A stretch of DNA of 64,000 bases from Utricularia gibba (lineage: Eukaryota > Plantae > Magnoliophyta): the NCBI GenBank assembly GCA_002189035.1, contig NEEC01000012.1:1550001-1614000 (forward strand), given 5' to 3'. Of this stretch, positions 50,809 through 62,120 are shown in pieces (the stretch's first letter is position 1; every line of letters begins with the position of its first letter). Under the pieces are notes generated by a model. The model was not told the DNA's origin, ran no database searches, and saw only the letters and a program-made list of their open reading frames with translations. Position numbers and translations under genes: made by a program.

Positions 50809-50884
50809 GTGCTACTTCACTGCAAAAGTGCCAGAAGAGTTACTCTATACTGGTTTGGTAACTATGAAGGCTTTTGAGAGTGTA

Positions 50885-52568
50885 TTATGGTACCACGGCG
50901 CCGTCTTTGGTGGCAGTATCTGACTTTTGGGGTTCATCTGCAGATATGTATGTGTTTTAGTTTTCAAGTGATTGCGGTGGTGGGAGAAGGAAGGTGCAAT
51001 TGGAAATTTGAATTTAACCTGCTTCATCTGTGATGTCAGAGGTCCACAGCGTCAGATTGTCCCTAAGGAGTTGCATGATCAAGGTGCTATCTTTGTATGA
51101 TTCCTCACCCAAGGTATCAAGCTCAGAAACTGCTTCATCAAATGCTTGCTTTGCAAGGTGGCATGCCCTGAAAAGAGAGTGGAGTGAGTTTAAAAGCTAA
51201 GAAAAGAGAATCGTTTTCATAAATTGGCAGCAAGACAAACCTTTCAGGAGAATACAAGATTTCATAGTAGAACACTGAATAATTTAAAGCCAAACCCAAG
51301 CGGATTGGGTGGGTTGGTGGAAGCTCTGCCTCAGCTGCTTTCGTTGCATTCTATCAGCAAGGACAAATGCAAAGCCGGTTTTTCAGTGGATAAAAAAATA
51401 TACGGATCAATTAGACTAAAAAGTCTAAAATTCATTGACAATTCAAGATGATTAAATAGCATGAATTTTCAAACCATATGCAGCAAACACACAGCGAACA
51501 ATTTCTATAGCCATTAAGCATGCAAACGGGCGCAGCATATACCTCATAAGCTTCCTGTGACAGATCAGCCACCTCCTTCCTATCATTACGGGTCTTGAAT
51601 TCAGCAAGGTACCTATAGTAATCTCCTTTCCTAACAAACCAAAAAAAAAAAAAAAAAAAGTTAACACGAAATCAGGCAGAATCAAGCGTTACATTAGTAT
51701 AGGACTCTCACATCTTGTAGTAAAACACAGTGGATTCACCAGTTGTGCAAGCAGGAATAAGATGTCCATCAATAAGCGTCATTATTTCACTGCAGATATT
51801 GGTGAGCTCTGCCTCCACCTTATGGCGATACTCTTTGATCTGTTTGACGTGTTGCTCATTTCCTCTAGATTCCTCCTTGTGCTCAATGGATGACAATATT
51901 CTCCAAGACGCCCTTCGAGACCCAACTACATTCTTATAGCCCACTGAGAGCAAGTTCCTCTCCTCTACTGTCAATTCCACACCCATCTGAGCCACCACTT
52001 TCATAGTCTCAACCATTTCTGCAACATGAAATCCAATTCTCATAGTATCAGAAGTCCTGCTTAGGCGATCAGTTTTCTAGGAAAAATAAAAGCTACTGCA
52101 TACTTCTCTTCAGGTAATTCAAGAAGGAACATATACCCTTAACAAAATATGAGTTAAGAAAGAATACATACTGAAGTAAAAGCATCTGATAGCTGCAGTG
52201 TTTTGGCTTGAAAAACATGGAAGTAATGCTATTTTTTACCCAATAATATATCCTTCCTCTTCAGACAAAAAGGAAAAAAAAAACACTACACAACGATGAG
52301 TTTAACTTACTTCTCGCAGTGCGAAATACACAAGCTACCACACAACAAATTGATCCAAATATGAGATATCTCACGACTTCGCTCATTCATAATTTCCCCA
52401 AAGATCAGAATAAATAATTAACACTAAAATGAAAAAAGAAAACCACATCAAATCAAAAACACCAGAAGACAGAGTTCAAAAGGCATAAATTTCACCATCA
52501 TATCGCTCCGCTTGCTCGGCAAGTCTAGCGAGGTACACGGCGGTTTCCCGATCCATGGAAGGTGCCAT
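50885..52568 (-). CDS. 14-3-3 protein, epsilon group, 6 coding exons
   Basis: Exons are 52568-52496, 52018-51712, 51630-51543, 51350-51241, 51167-51019 and 50937-50885. Motifs include [46 protein letters not shown] and [21 protein letters not shown]. Confidence 0.95.
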
Positions 52569-53036
52569 CGGCGATCCAAGAGACAATCGCAGGATTCCGG
52601 ATTCCGACAGCTACTGAAATTTCGAGAATCAGAAAAACAAAATGAAGTAGGGAAGGAGAAAAAGGTCGCACCTGGCAAGTCTCTTCCCCACCGGCGAATG
52701 TGAGAGTCCAAGCAAAGGCATAAAAAGCAAATTGCCAAAGTTGAGGTCCGTAATTTCCAATAGTTGAGAGGTTTGACAGAAGATTTTGAGAGTTTCTGGG
52801 TCCAAATGAAAGTAATGAAAACTGGGAAACAATTTCATGGGTTTCAGAGCAATTGTTTTTTCCCCCAAATTACTTGTACCAGCGCATAATCAATATACAT
52901 ATTATTCAAATTAAAACTTTTAAAATTCAGATATTAGTAAATCAATCTCTTTCTAATAACACGTTTTTTATAATAATTAAATACTCAAGTTAAATGTTTA
53001 TTGTATGACACAAGTCAAAATTATTAGGATGCGTTT

Positions 53037-53275
53037 GATAGGATGTGAAAGATGGTTTTATAATAAATAACAAATCTTAATAATATACCACATCATGAAT
53101 TGGATATCTCGCCAATTTTTTTATTTAACTTTTCATTTATAATAAAATACAAACTCATATATGGGGTGATTTTAGGATATTATATTTTTTTTCAATCATA
53201 TAATAAATAGTTAATTATATGTATTTTAATAATATTACCTGTAAATTTTAATTATAAATATTTATATCAAACACA
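53037..53275. mobile_element. Possible Tourist-like MITE
   Basis: GGATGCGTTTGATA at the left and TATCAAACACAT at the right, around an AT-rich core. TSD is unclear. Confidence 0.3.
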
Positions 53276-54407
53276 TGATAAATAATAATGTATTATTTAT
53301 GATTATTTGGATTTAAAATAATTATATAATTGATAGATATATTTATTTATATTATTTAATTTACATTCGTTAATTTATATTAAAAAAACAAACAAACATA
53401 CGGCCGGCGGGCAACAGGTGGGTAGAACGGTCACGCAGCCGCATGTTTGTCTAAACCTTCTTTAAATTAAACACCAATTTGATCATAATAAATTATATAT
53501 TTTTAAAATTATTTGATAAATTATATTAAATTCGACTAAAATATTGTAATAATCATTACTAAATTATTTTAATTATTGAACAGAATTTTGTAAGCCATTT
53601 CATGAAATCTTCTTTTTATATTTTTAGTTTTTCAAAAAATTGAATTTTGGACTTAGACATTTTAAATATAAAATCGATAACTAAAAAAAGTGTGCATGTT
53701 TTTTCCTCTCAAAAAAAAAAAAACCTAGCGCATAATGAGATTTTTCATTTAGCGTGACACCAATTGAGAATATAATAAAGTTGGTGGCCAGAATCAGTAT
53801 TTTTCTCAACTTTGTATAATAAAATAATACTTTCCCTATGAGGAAAAAACGTGTGGTTATAAAACAATTTCTCATGCGTTCTTTTTACTTTTTGACTGCG
53901 ACTCCATATGGTTCATTGGATCATATTATATTTTATTTCTATTTATTGCATTATTTAAAAAAATGATATTTTTTCAAAAAAATTCAACAACCTTATTTCT
54001 TTAATTCACTTGAGATCGAGTTTTTTTTCCAAGAGATTGAGGCCTATGGGTTGTTTTGTAATTTGTGGATTGTTGAAGGGGGACTTGGATCATTATAGAT
54101 TTTATTTATGGAAAAATAAAATTACGTGGGATGTTATATTTTGCACGTGATTCAATGATTGTTGTCGGAGGATGGGGTCTCGAGTAGAGAAGGGGAAGAA
54201 AAGGAGGAGTAAGGGGGGAAATGGGCACAGATTTGAGGCGAAAGGGAAATTGTTTCAAAGAGGAGGACTAGAAACGAAAATATTAAAGTGCAGGGGGGAA
54301 AAAGAAAATAATTCGAATTGCTGATTTAATTAACCCTTCGCCGGGGTTGTTCCCTGAAGCCGGTCCTCCAATTTCCAAAGCGGTCACCACGGCCGCAAAA
54401 CAACGAC

Positions 54408-55517
54408 ATGTCTTCTCGAGCCCTAGCGACTCCTTCTTCGACGGAGTCCGCCTCTCCGTCGCCGGAACGCCGAATCTCCGGCGAAGGGAAGGTGGCTCCA
54501 TCGCCACCAGAGTCTCCACCGGAAAACGACGTTTCGCCGGAAGAGCAGCCGGCTTCCGTTCGGAATCCCGGTTTTCCTAATCGCGAAGATTGCTGGTCGG
54601 AGGACGCTACTAGAACGCTGATTGATGCATGGGGTTCACACTATCTGCAACTCAACAGGGGAAACCTCCGGCAAAAGCACTGGCAAGCGGTTTCCGACGC
54701 CGTCAACGCTCGTCACGCCGCGACAGCGAAGCTGAAACGCACCGATGTCCAGTGCAAGAACCGAATCGACACAATCAAGAAGAAGTACAAGATCGAGAAG
54801 TCTAAGGTTGCTCAATCCAGCGGCCGGTACATCTCCACGTGGCCCCACTTTCAGATCCTTGACTCCTTCATCGGCCACTCCTTCTCAAAGGTTAACGGCA
54901 ACACCGCTGATGCCAATGGTCATTCAGGGAAACTTCGCCGGAGAGACTCGTCATCATCGGAAAAATCGTCATCTCCCTCCACAGTGGATCGGCACGGCCC
55001 TAAGTCTCCGATTAGTAATCACCGTCGAAAAGATCCGGTCGCAAACCATCTCCCTCACTGGTCGGTGCCGGTTGGGCCAAGGTCAAAGAGGGCTGGGCCT
55101 GGAATTGTCACGGAAAGAAATTTCTCTGTCATGGCAGCAGCGGCAGCGGCTATGGAGGCTGAAGAGGAAGACGAATATTACGACGATGGGGAGGAGAATG
55201 AAGAGGAAGAGCACAATTCCAGTTCATGGCGACGTCCTCCGACGCTGCCGCCGGCGACTTCTTCCGGTATGAAAAGATCAAGGCCTTCACATGAAGAGGG
55301 GTCATCGGTTGGAGAAGGATATGCCAAATTGGCGGAATCGATATCCAAATTGGCGCAGATATATGAAAAGGTCGAAGAAGCTAAGCAGCGGCAGATGGTG
55401 GAGATGGAGAAACAGAGGATTCAGTTCACTAAAGACTTGGAGCTGCAGAGAATGCAAATGTTTGTTGAATGCCAAGTCCGGCTTGAGAAGCTAAAGCGTG
55501 CCAAACCCAGCTCCTGA
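54408..55517 (+). CDS. Trihelix transcription factor (ASIL/SIP1 clade)
   Basis: Myb/SANT-like WSEDATRTLIDAWG...LRQKHWQAV...TDVQCKNRIDTIKKKYK, with a C-terminal coiled coil EKVEEAKQRQMVEMEKQR. Confidence 0.9.
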   Translation: MSSRALATPSSTESASPSPERRISGEGKVAPSPPESPPENDVSPEEQPASVRNPGFPNREDCWSEDATRTLIDAWGSHYLQLNRGNLRQKHWQAVSDAVNARHAATAKLKRTDVQCKNRIDTIKKKYKIEKSKVAQSSGRYISTWPHFQILDSFIGHSFSKVNGNTADANGHSGKLRRRDSSSSEKSSSPSTVDRHGPKSPISNHRRKDPVANHLPHWSVPVGPRSKRAGPGIVTERNFSVMAAAAAAMEAEEEDEYYDDGEENEEEEHNSSSWRRPPTLPPATSSGMKRSRPSHEEGSSVGEGYAKLAESISKLAQIYEKVEEAKQRQMVEMEKQRIQFTKDLELQRMQMFVECQVRLEKLKRAKPSS

Positions 55518-56693
55518 AATGGTGAGTATCCATCAAATTTATCTGTACTTTAGCTTTCTGCAGTTGCTGCTGAGTCTTCTTGATTCAGCTAAATCTTACA
55601 TGATCTGCTCATTTTTTTCAAGTTTTAGTAGACGATTATGGCTTGCTTTACTATAACATAATACTGTGAAGAATTTGAATGCTTATGAGCAAGGAGCATG
55701 CTGAAATCCAGTTGGAGTGAATCTTGATAAACAAAAATAGGGGATGTGATTGTCATTGAGCAAATTGCAATTTTGTGATCCATTTTGTTCTTGGCATCAC
55801 ACTGTTGAGTACTCCACATTGATGTGTCTTTACTACAGCAAACACAAGGCTTTTGTCCTTTAAATTACCTCACCCCACCGCACCCTGAAGTTCATCTTGA
55901 TCTGATAAGCCTGTAAACAGTGTGCAGAAGAATGTGCTTTCAGGTCTCAAAATGATACTTTTTTGCCTTGTTCCAGGCAGCAGGAACTAACCGTAGATGG
56001 AAGGAAAGGGAAGCCTTGCAACTGTGCAGGTGATGCTTTACGAAAGGGCTTTAGTTAGCTACCACTTTTATAGGTGATGTCTTGCAAGAGCAGAGGCGCT
56101 GGCTCTCAGTCTCTTGAACCTGTTACATGGGTTTTGCTCCTTAATTATGCTGGTGTGTAGCGGTGAAGTCTTTTAGAAACTGTTGATATGATTAAATTCC
56201 AGAGAAAATGTTCTTAAACACACACACACACACTCTTTCCAGCAGCAGCTCGATCCTCCAGTTCGGCTTGGGGTTCAGATTTGGGCTACAGTAGGCGTGT
56301 TTGGCCCACACGAAGCCAGTTTTTGAGCCCAACAGAAAAGGTGCATGGTTTTCCATCATTCCATGCACCTTTTCAGGACGAGGAAAGTTCATGGAAGGCG
56401 GGTGAAATATATCTGTGGTCAGCGGTGTGGGTAAATGTGATTATTTCTGAAATGAGCAGGAAAATGGAGGTTTGGTCTCCAAGGTTCTGAAAACAGAAAA
56501 GGTGAAGGGAGGATGAAAATGCGCAGAGCTGCACAAAGACTGATAAGGGCGAGCGGGGATCCATGGCCCATTTGTTGTCAACTCACCTTCTTCCTGTTCG
56601 TCTGCATCTTGACAATTTGCCTGTTTGCCCTATTCTCTCCTGTTCCTCTCATCTCCGGGCCATCAGATCCACTCATCAGCCTCCCATCTACCC

Positions 56694-57242
56694 ATGGCCG
56701 AGTCTCCGGTTCTCCTCCCCGTCTCCGAGTCCGGTCCACCGGCGCCGAGCCGCTACGAGTCGCAGAAACGCCGTGACTGGAATACTTTCAATCAGTTCCT
56801 CCGGAACCAGCGCCCCCCGGTGGCCCTGTATCACTGCACCAGCGCCCACGTCCTCGAGTTCCTCCAGTATTTGGACCAGTTCGGGAAAACTAAGGTTCAT
56901 TACCAAGGGTGTATCTTCTTCGGACACCCGGAGCCGCCGGCGCCGTGTCCGTGTCCGCTCCGACAGGCTTGGGGGAGCCTCGACGCCCTGATCGGGAGGC
57001 TACGCGCCGCCTACGAGGAGAACGGGGGATCGGCGGAGACCAACCCGTTTGCTAATGGGCACATAAAGAATCATCTGAAGCAGGTGAAGGAGCATCAGGG
57101 GAAGGCTAGAGGAGTGCCGTACGATAAAAAGAAGAAGAAGGCGAGCAAAAATGATGATGGGGGTGATAGCAGTTTATATCGATGTGTGAGGGTTGTAGAA
57201 CAGATATATTTTCATGTTATGCAAGAGTACACATATTTATAG
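56694..57242 (+). CDS. ALOG/LSH transcription factor with LTR-derived C-terminus (native tail displaced to 62516-62543)
   Basis: [52 protein letters not shown] and NLS KKKKK. The copia LTR starts at 57164. Confidence 0.9.
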   Translation: MAESPVLLPVSESGPPAPSRYESQKRRDWNTFNQFLRNQRPPVALYHCTSAHVLEFLQYLDQFGKTKVHYQGCIFFGHPEPPAPCPCPLRQAWGSLDALIGRLRAAYEENGGSAETNPFANGHIKNHLKQVKEHQGKARGVPYDKKKKKASKNDDGGDSSLYRCVRVVEQIYFHVMQEYTYL

Positions 57243-57553
57243 TTCTTTAGCAACGGTCGCCTACTTCTAGGGATTAGCCGTTGCTCACTACGACTTCCAA
57301 CAATATTGACTTCAGCACGTTGGGCCATATCATCATGTTGGGCCATTTTCTTGAAGTGGATGAGTAGCAAGATCTTTGTTGGTGGCCCATCTTCTGATCT
57401 TGCTGTCCAGTATAATCAGTCCGAGTTGCTGACAGACCTTCTTCTTCTTCCTCCCGTTATCTCTCAACACATTCGTATTTTCCTGTTCTGGGTCCTCCAC
57501 ATTTCTCACAGTTTGCTGCTGGTTTATCTCATATTCGTCCTCACTCGACATCA
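57164..57553 (-). repeat. 3' LTR of copia element
   Basis: 390-bp direct repeat of 62121-62510. Confidence 0.97.
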
Positions 57554-60500
57554 TTCCTCCTTGAGGAAGAACATGAGATGAGGCAGCAGTAATCAAGGGA
57601 TTTCTGCGCAGCCCTAATAGCTCACGGATTTGAGAGAAATGACTTGGAAAGAGGGCTTTGGTGAGAATGTCTGCGGCTTGTCTTTCTGATGGTAAATACT
57701 CCAATTTTATGCTTCCTTCTTTGATGTATTCCCTAAGAACATGGTATTTGATTTTGATATGCTTCGTCTTCCCAAACATGACCGGATTTTGAGCTATACT
57801 TATGGCTGATTTGCTGTCAATTTTCAGAATGAGTGGCTTGTTAATCTTGATCTGTAAATCTTCACATAATTTCAGGAGCCATTGAGCGTGATTTGCAGCA
57901 CAAGCTCCAGCCATGTATTCTGCTTCGGCTGAGGATTGAGCTACTAAGGTCTGTTTTCTGCTGTTCCAAGCAAATGCAGCAGAGCCCAGAGTAAACAAAT
58001 AACCAGTGGTGGATTTAAGATCAGATTCGTCACCTGCGAAATCAGAGTCTACGAACCCTTGAAGAGATAGGTCAGTATGCCTTTTGAAGTATAAACCCAT
58101 AGTTTTTGTAGCATTCAGATATTTGAATATTTGTTTAGCTATTCTAAGGTGTAAAGCAAGAGGGTGATGCATAAACCTGGATAGAAACGTTACAGCGAAT
58201 GTAATGTCCGGTCGAGTTGAGGTGAGGTATAGTAGGGCACCAACAGTCTTCTGATATTCTCGTATGTTCACTGAATTTTCTTGAGGATCTTGTGGCCCTG
58301 AATCGGCAGAATTTAATTCTTTCAGATAGTTGTTTGCCTTGTTCTTCAGGTATGGAGTGAAAGGCGTAGTTGCTTCTTTTGCATTGTCCATCCCAAATTT
58401 TTTTAGTAAGTCTTCAGTGTATTTTTGCTGGCTGAGAAATATAAAATTGGGATCTTGTATTATCTCTAGTCCAAGAATATATCTTGCTGGCCCTAGATCA
58501 GTCAATTCGAACCGTTGTTTGAGCCTTGATTTTTGATCTGCTATCAATGTCTCGTTATTTCCTGTTAGTAAGATGTCATCAACGTATAAAGATATGATGA
58601 CCTTTCCAGTTTGATTGTTGAGGGTGTATAGAGTAGGGTCGTTCTTGCTTCTGATATAACCCATTTGACCAAAGTATGAATCTATGGTTGAATACCATTC
58701 CTTGGGCGCTTGTTTAAGCCCGTAGAGAGCCTTTTGGAGTTTTAACACCTTATTTGAGCCATCCTTTAGTGTAAAACCGGGAGGATTTTCAACATATATG
58801 TCTTCTTTCAAGTCTCCATTCAGAAACGCATTCTTTATGTCTAAATGGTGCAGGATCCAACCTTGACTGGCGGCTAATGCGATAATCAATTTTATTGTAT
58901 CCAGACGAGCTACCGGTGCGAAAGTCTCCCAGTAGTCTATACCTTCCTTTTGAAGATATCCTTTTGCAACCAGCCTAGACTTTAACTTATTTACTGAGCC
59001 GTCTGGATTTAGCTTTGTGCGATAAATCCATTTTAATCCCAACGGTTTAATATTGAGAGGTTTATCCACCGCTGTCCACACTTGATGCTCTGCTATGGCC
59101 TGTAACTCATTATCCATTGAGGTTTTCCATGCAGGATCATTGAGAGCTTCGAAGGGAGAGGTAGGTTCACAAATCATAAGCGATCTGTCATAGACTTCAG
59201 TAAGAGGACAGTAACCTCTAGCAGGCTCTTCATCTATGAGATGATCGGCTGACTGCAGCATAAAGTGATGTGTATAGGAATTGTAGTTGTTTGCTGAATC
59301 TTCTGAGATATTTTCTGTGTTATCATGTCTTTCAGATATAATTTGCTCAGAGTTTTGGAAGTGAGATGTATTTTCCTCCTGTTCTTGTAATGAAGAGAAT
59401 TGATATTCTGATTCTCTGCTTTCTCCATGTTGAGGCTGTTGCGACGAAGTAGGATATGGCATATGATCATTACTTTGCATGTCTTGATTCCTTTCTGAGT
59501 GATGTCTGAAATAATTGTTGTCCTCTGTTTCTGCACCAACAAGATTGGAATTATTCGTAATAGTGGTATTAGTTTCAGGAAGTTCATTGACAAGATTCTC
59601 TTCGTGCATTTCAGTAAGATTTTCAGATGCATTGATAGGAAATAGGAGTTGCATGTCTCTGGAATATTCAGCTTCGTTTTCAGGAGTAGAAGAGATATTA
59701 TGCCAGTCATAGGTCAGACTTTCTTCAACCACAACATCAGCACATCTTTGAACTTCTATACATTGTTTGGATGGAATAAATATTCTGTAAATTTGAGAGG
59801 AGTCCGAATATCCCATAAAGACCCCCATTTGAGCATGATTCTCTAACTTTCTGCGTTTTTCTTTAGATATATGGACATAGCAGAGGGATCCGAAGATTTT
59901 CAGATTCTGTAGATCTGGGACTTTTCCATACCACAGTTCATGTGGAGTTTTTCCTTCAGGTATTCCTTTGGTGGGAAGTCGATTTAATAGGAATACCGCT
60001 GTGTTAACAGCTTCTCCCCAAAAGCGCAATGGTAAGTTGTGTTCCAATAACAAGCAACGAGCCATATTCATAATCGTTTGATTTTTCCTTTCACAAACAC
60101 CATTTTGTTGAGGGGTATATGGAACGGTAAACCGATGAACTATACCACTTGCATTGCAGATGTCTCGGAGTTCGGATGATTTGTATTCCCCGCCATTGTC
60201 TGAATGCAAAGTAAGTATTCTACAATTGCTTTGTAATTCTGCCATCATCTTGAACTGCTTGAAGTATTTAGTCACTTCAGACTTTTGCTTAAGAAAATAT
60301 ACCCACATATGCTTGGTGTAGTCATCAATAAATAGGACATAGAATTTCTTTCCACCAGGTGTCTCAACATGCATAGGTCCGCATACGTCAGAGACTACTA
60401 GCTGTAGTTTAGAGTCGGATACTTCAGTACGATTCTTGAATGGCTTCTTGTGCATTTTCCCAAATAGACAGGTGCTGCACGGGAAATTCCAGTCCTTTAA

Positions 60501-61988
60501 TTGAGGTACGCCATGTATAACTCCTTGGGTTTGCGCTGTTCTGAGTTGGCTTGCATGATAGTGACCTAATCTTTTGTGCCATAGGAAAGAGGTATTTACA
60601 GCTGCAAGACAGAAATTACTATTAGTTGTCATGCAGTTAACTGGAAAGAGGCGATTTACCATGGGCACTTTTAGTACAATATTGTGAGCATAATCCTTCA
60701 ACAAGCACATATTGTTCTCTATATTCAACTCATATCCACATTCTGCTAGTTGTCCTGCACTCAGTAAGTTGTGAGAAGCCTTTGGTACATAGAATACATT
60801 AGTAATCTTGATGAGTTTTTGTTCAGTTTCCAGACAGATTGATCCAACACCTTCAACTGCAATGAGCGTTCCATCAGCAATGGTGAGAGTTTTTCCTGAT
60901 ATTGGGGTATATGTTGTGAATATAGACTTGTTGTTGGTCAAGTGATTACTGCAGGCGCAATCAATGAACCAGATTGTGTTGTGTCGTAGATCAGTGAAAT
61001 CAGAGAGAGTAGTCTTGCTGCACAAGATATAAACTGAAGACTTCACTTTCATATTTGAATCATCAGGAGATACATGAATTGATTTGTTTTTTGAATGTTC
61101 AGAAGATGCAGCAACAACATAAGTAGAGGCATATGATTTCTTGGTGGGACACACACGCTCCACATGGCCTTTGGTTGAACAGATTGCGCAATGAGCCTCA
61201 GGATGCCAAAAACAGTTCGTTGGAATGTGGTTTTTCTGTGCGCAATATGGGCAAGGAGGATGTGGCCCCTTTTTCTCTTTCTTGACAGGTAGGAAACTTG
61301 GTGCAGAATATTGTTGTGTCCCATTTTCTCCTTTAGGACCTGCTATAGTAAGTGATGCTTTGAAGGCAGCTTCTAATAGATTTTCTTCATTGCGAGATTT
61401 ACGTCTGCTGTCCACATTTTTGAAGTGTTGGAGCAGTTGCTGCAGACTCAGAGTTTCTAGAAATCCGGTTGCTTCCAAGGATTCAACGACAGCATCATAA
61501 TCTGCCGGAGCACTATGAATGATCCTGGCCTTAAGCTTGCGCTCTTCACGGGAGTCAACTTCTTCTCCAAGGCGCTTTAGTTTTTCCAGGTTTTTGAGAA
61601 GTTGTTCTGCATTGGTGGCTACCTCGCCATCTCTAATTTTGAAGTTGTAAACTTCATTCCATAGTTTCTGTATCTCCCTGTGCTTGTCTTCCTTTGTTTC
61701 TTCAAAGGTTTTCTCGAGCATAAGCCACGCCTCTCTTGGAGACCTTCGAGTTATACACCTGTAAGCATCTCCAACCACTGCTGTGGCTAGCACAGCTGCA
61801 GCCTGAATTTCTTTGTCTCTATAAGCTTTTTCAGCTGCAGTTTTTTCTTCAGGTGTTCCTTCAAAAACTGGATCAGTGGCTATTATTTTCCAGAGCCCAT
61901 GAAGTTGGAGATATATCTCCATTTTTGGCGCCCAAATATCGTATTCCTTTCCGTCAAAAATGGGAGGTAATATGTTTGTTACAGACAT
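57333..61988 (-). CDS. Gag-Pol polyprotein (gag, 2 zinc knuckles, protease, integrase, RT, RNase H)
   Basis: Uninterrupted frame with probable start MSVTNILPPIFDG. It contains CX2CX4HX4C twice, WFIDCACSNH, LWHKRLGH, SDVCGP, SDNGGEY, GVCERKN, SRLVAKGY, YVDDIL, DSDFAGD and QAADILTK, in copia domain order. Confidence 0.95.
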   Translation of the reverse strand: MSVTNILPPIFDGKEYDIWAPKMEIYLQLHGLWKIIATDPVFEGTPEEKTAAEKAYRDKEIQAAAVLATAVVGDAYRCITRRSPREAWLMLEKTFEETKEDKHREIQKLWNEVYNFKIRDGEVATNAEQLLKNLEKLKRLGEEVDSREERKLKARIIHSAPADYDAVVESLEATGFLETLSLQQLLQHFKNVDSRRKSRNEENLLEAAFKASLTIAGPKGENGTQQYSAPSFLPVKKEKKGPHPPCPYCAQKNHIPTNCFWHPEAHCAICSTKGHVERVCPTKKSYASTYVVAASSEHSKNKSIHVSPDDSNMKVKSSVYILCSKTTLSDFTDLRHNTIWFIDCACSNHLTNNKSIFTTYTPISGKTLTIADGTLIAVEGVGSICLETEQKLIKITNVFYVPKASHNLLSAGQLAECGYELNIENNMCLLKDYAHNIVLKVPMVNRLFPVNCMTTNSNFCLAAVNTSFLWHKRLGHYHASQLRTAQTQGVIHGVPQLKDWNFPCSTCLFGKMHKKPFKNRTEVSDSKLQLVVSDVCGPMHVETPGGKKFYVLFIDDYTKHMWVYFLKQKSEVTKYFKQFKMMAELQSNCRILTLHSDNGGEYKSSELRDICNASGIVHRFTVPYTPQQNGVCERKNQTIMNMARCLLLEHNLPLRFWGEAVNTAVFLLNRLPTKGIPEGKTPHELWYGKVPDLQNLKIFGSLCYVHISKEKRRKLENHAQMGVFMGYSDSSQIYRIFIPSKQCIEVQRCADVVVEESLTYDWHNISSTPENEAEYSRDMQLLFPINASENLTEMHEENLVNELPETNTTITNNSNLVGAETEDNNYFRHHSERNQDMQSNDHMPYPTSSQQPQHGESRESEYQFSSLQEQEENTSHFQNSEQIISERHDNTENISEDSANNYNSYTHHFMLQSADHLIDEEPARGYCPLTEVYDRSLMICEPTSPFEALNDPAWKTSMDNELQAIAEHQVWTAVDKPLNIKPLGLKWIYRTKLNPDGSVNKLKSRLVAKGYLQKEGIDYWETFAPVARLDTIKLIIALAASQGWILHHLDIKNAFLNGDLKEDIYVENPPGFTLKDGSNKVLKLQKALYGLKQAPKEWYSTIDSYFGQMGYIRSKNDPTLYTLNNQTGKVIISLYVDDILLTGNNETLIADQKSRLKQRFELTDLGPARYILGLEIIQDPNFIFLSQQKYTEDLLKKFGMDNAKEATTPFTPYLKNKANNYLKELNSADSGPQDPQENSVNIREYQKTVGALLYLTSTRPDITFAVTFLSRFMHHPLALHLRIAKQIFKYLNATKTMGLYFKRHTDLSLQGFVDSDFAGDESDLKSTTGYLFTLGSAAFAWNSRKQTLVAQSSAEAEYMAGACAANHAQWLLKLCEDLQIKINKPLILKIDSKSAISIAQNPVMFGKTKHIKIKYHVLREYIKEGSIKLEYLPSERQAADILTKALFPSHFSQIRELLGLRRNPLITAASSHVLPQGGMMSSEDEYEINQQQTVRNVEDPEQENTNVLRDNGRKKKKVCQQLGLIILDSKIRRWATNKDLATHPLQENGPT

Positions 61989-62102
61989 GATGACACTCTT
62001 TTGAGAACCTGCGATAGAATATAGAGTAAGGTAAGAAGCCTTTAGATGTAGTGTTTGAGTGGCAAACCGTGTTTGGAAGGATAGCAATGTTGAGCTGCTT
62101 GT

Positions 62103-62120
62103 TTCACGTCGGGTTCACCA
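62103..62120 (-). promoter_or_regulatory. Primer binding site complementary to the tRNA-Trp 3' end
   Basis: The minus strand reads TGGTGAACCCGACGTGAA directly after the 5' LTR. The plus strand TTCACGTCGGGTTCACCA equals the recalled 3' end of plant cytosolic tRNA-Trp(CCA). Confidence 0.8.

Noticed and set aside
53390-53455. Helitron 3' end (GC-rich hairpin followed by CTAA)
   Set aside because: The stem is imperfect, the CTRR is not followed by T, and no 5' TC end or helicase was found.
54636-55494. Alternate-frame ORFs over the trihelix gene
   Set aside because: Shadow ORFs of a GC-rich CDS.
62103-62120. tRNA gene
   Set aside because: Only the 3' 18 nt including CCA match. This is the retroelement PBS, with no cloverleaf.
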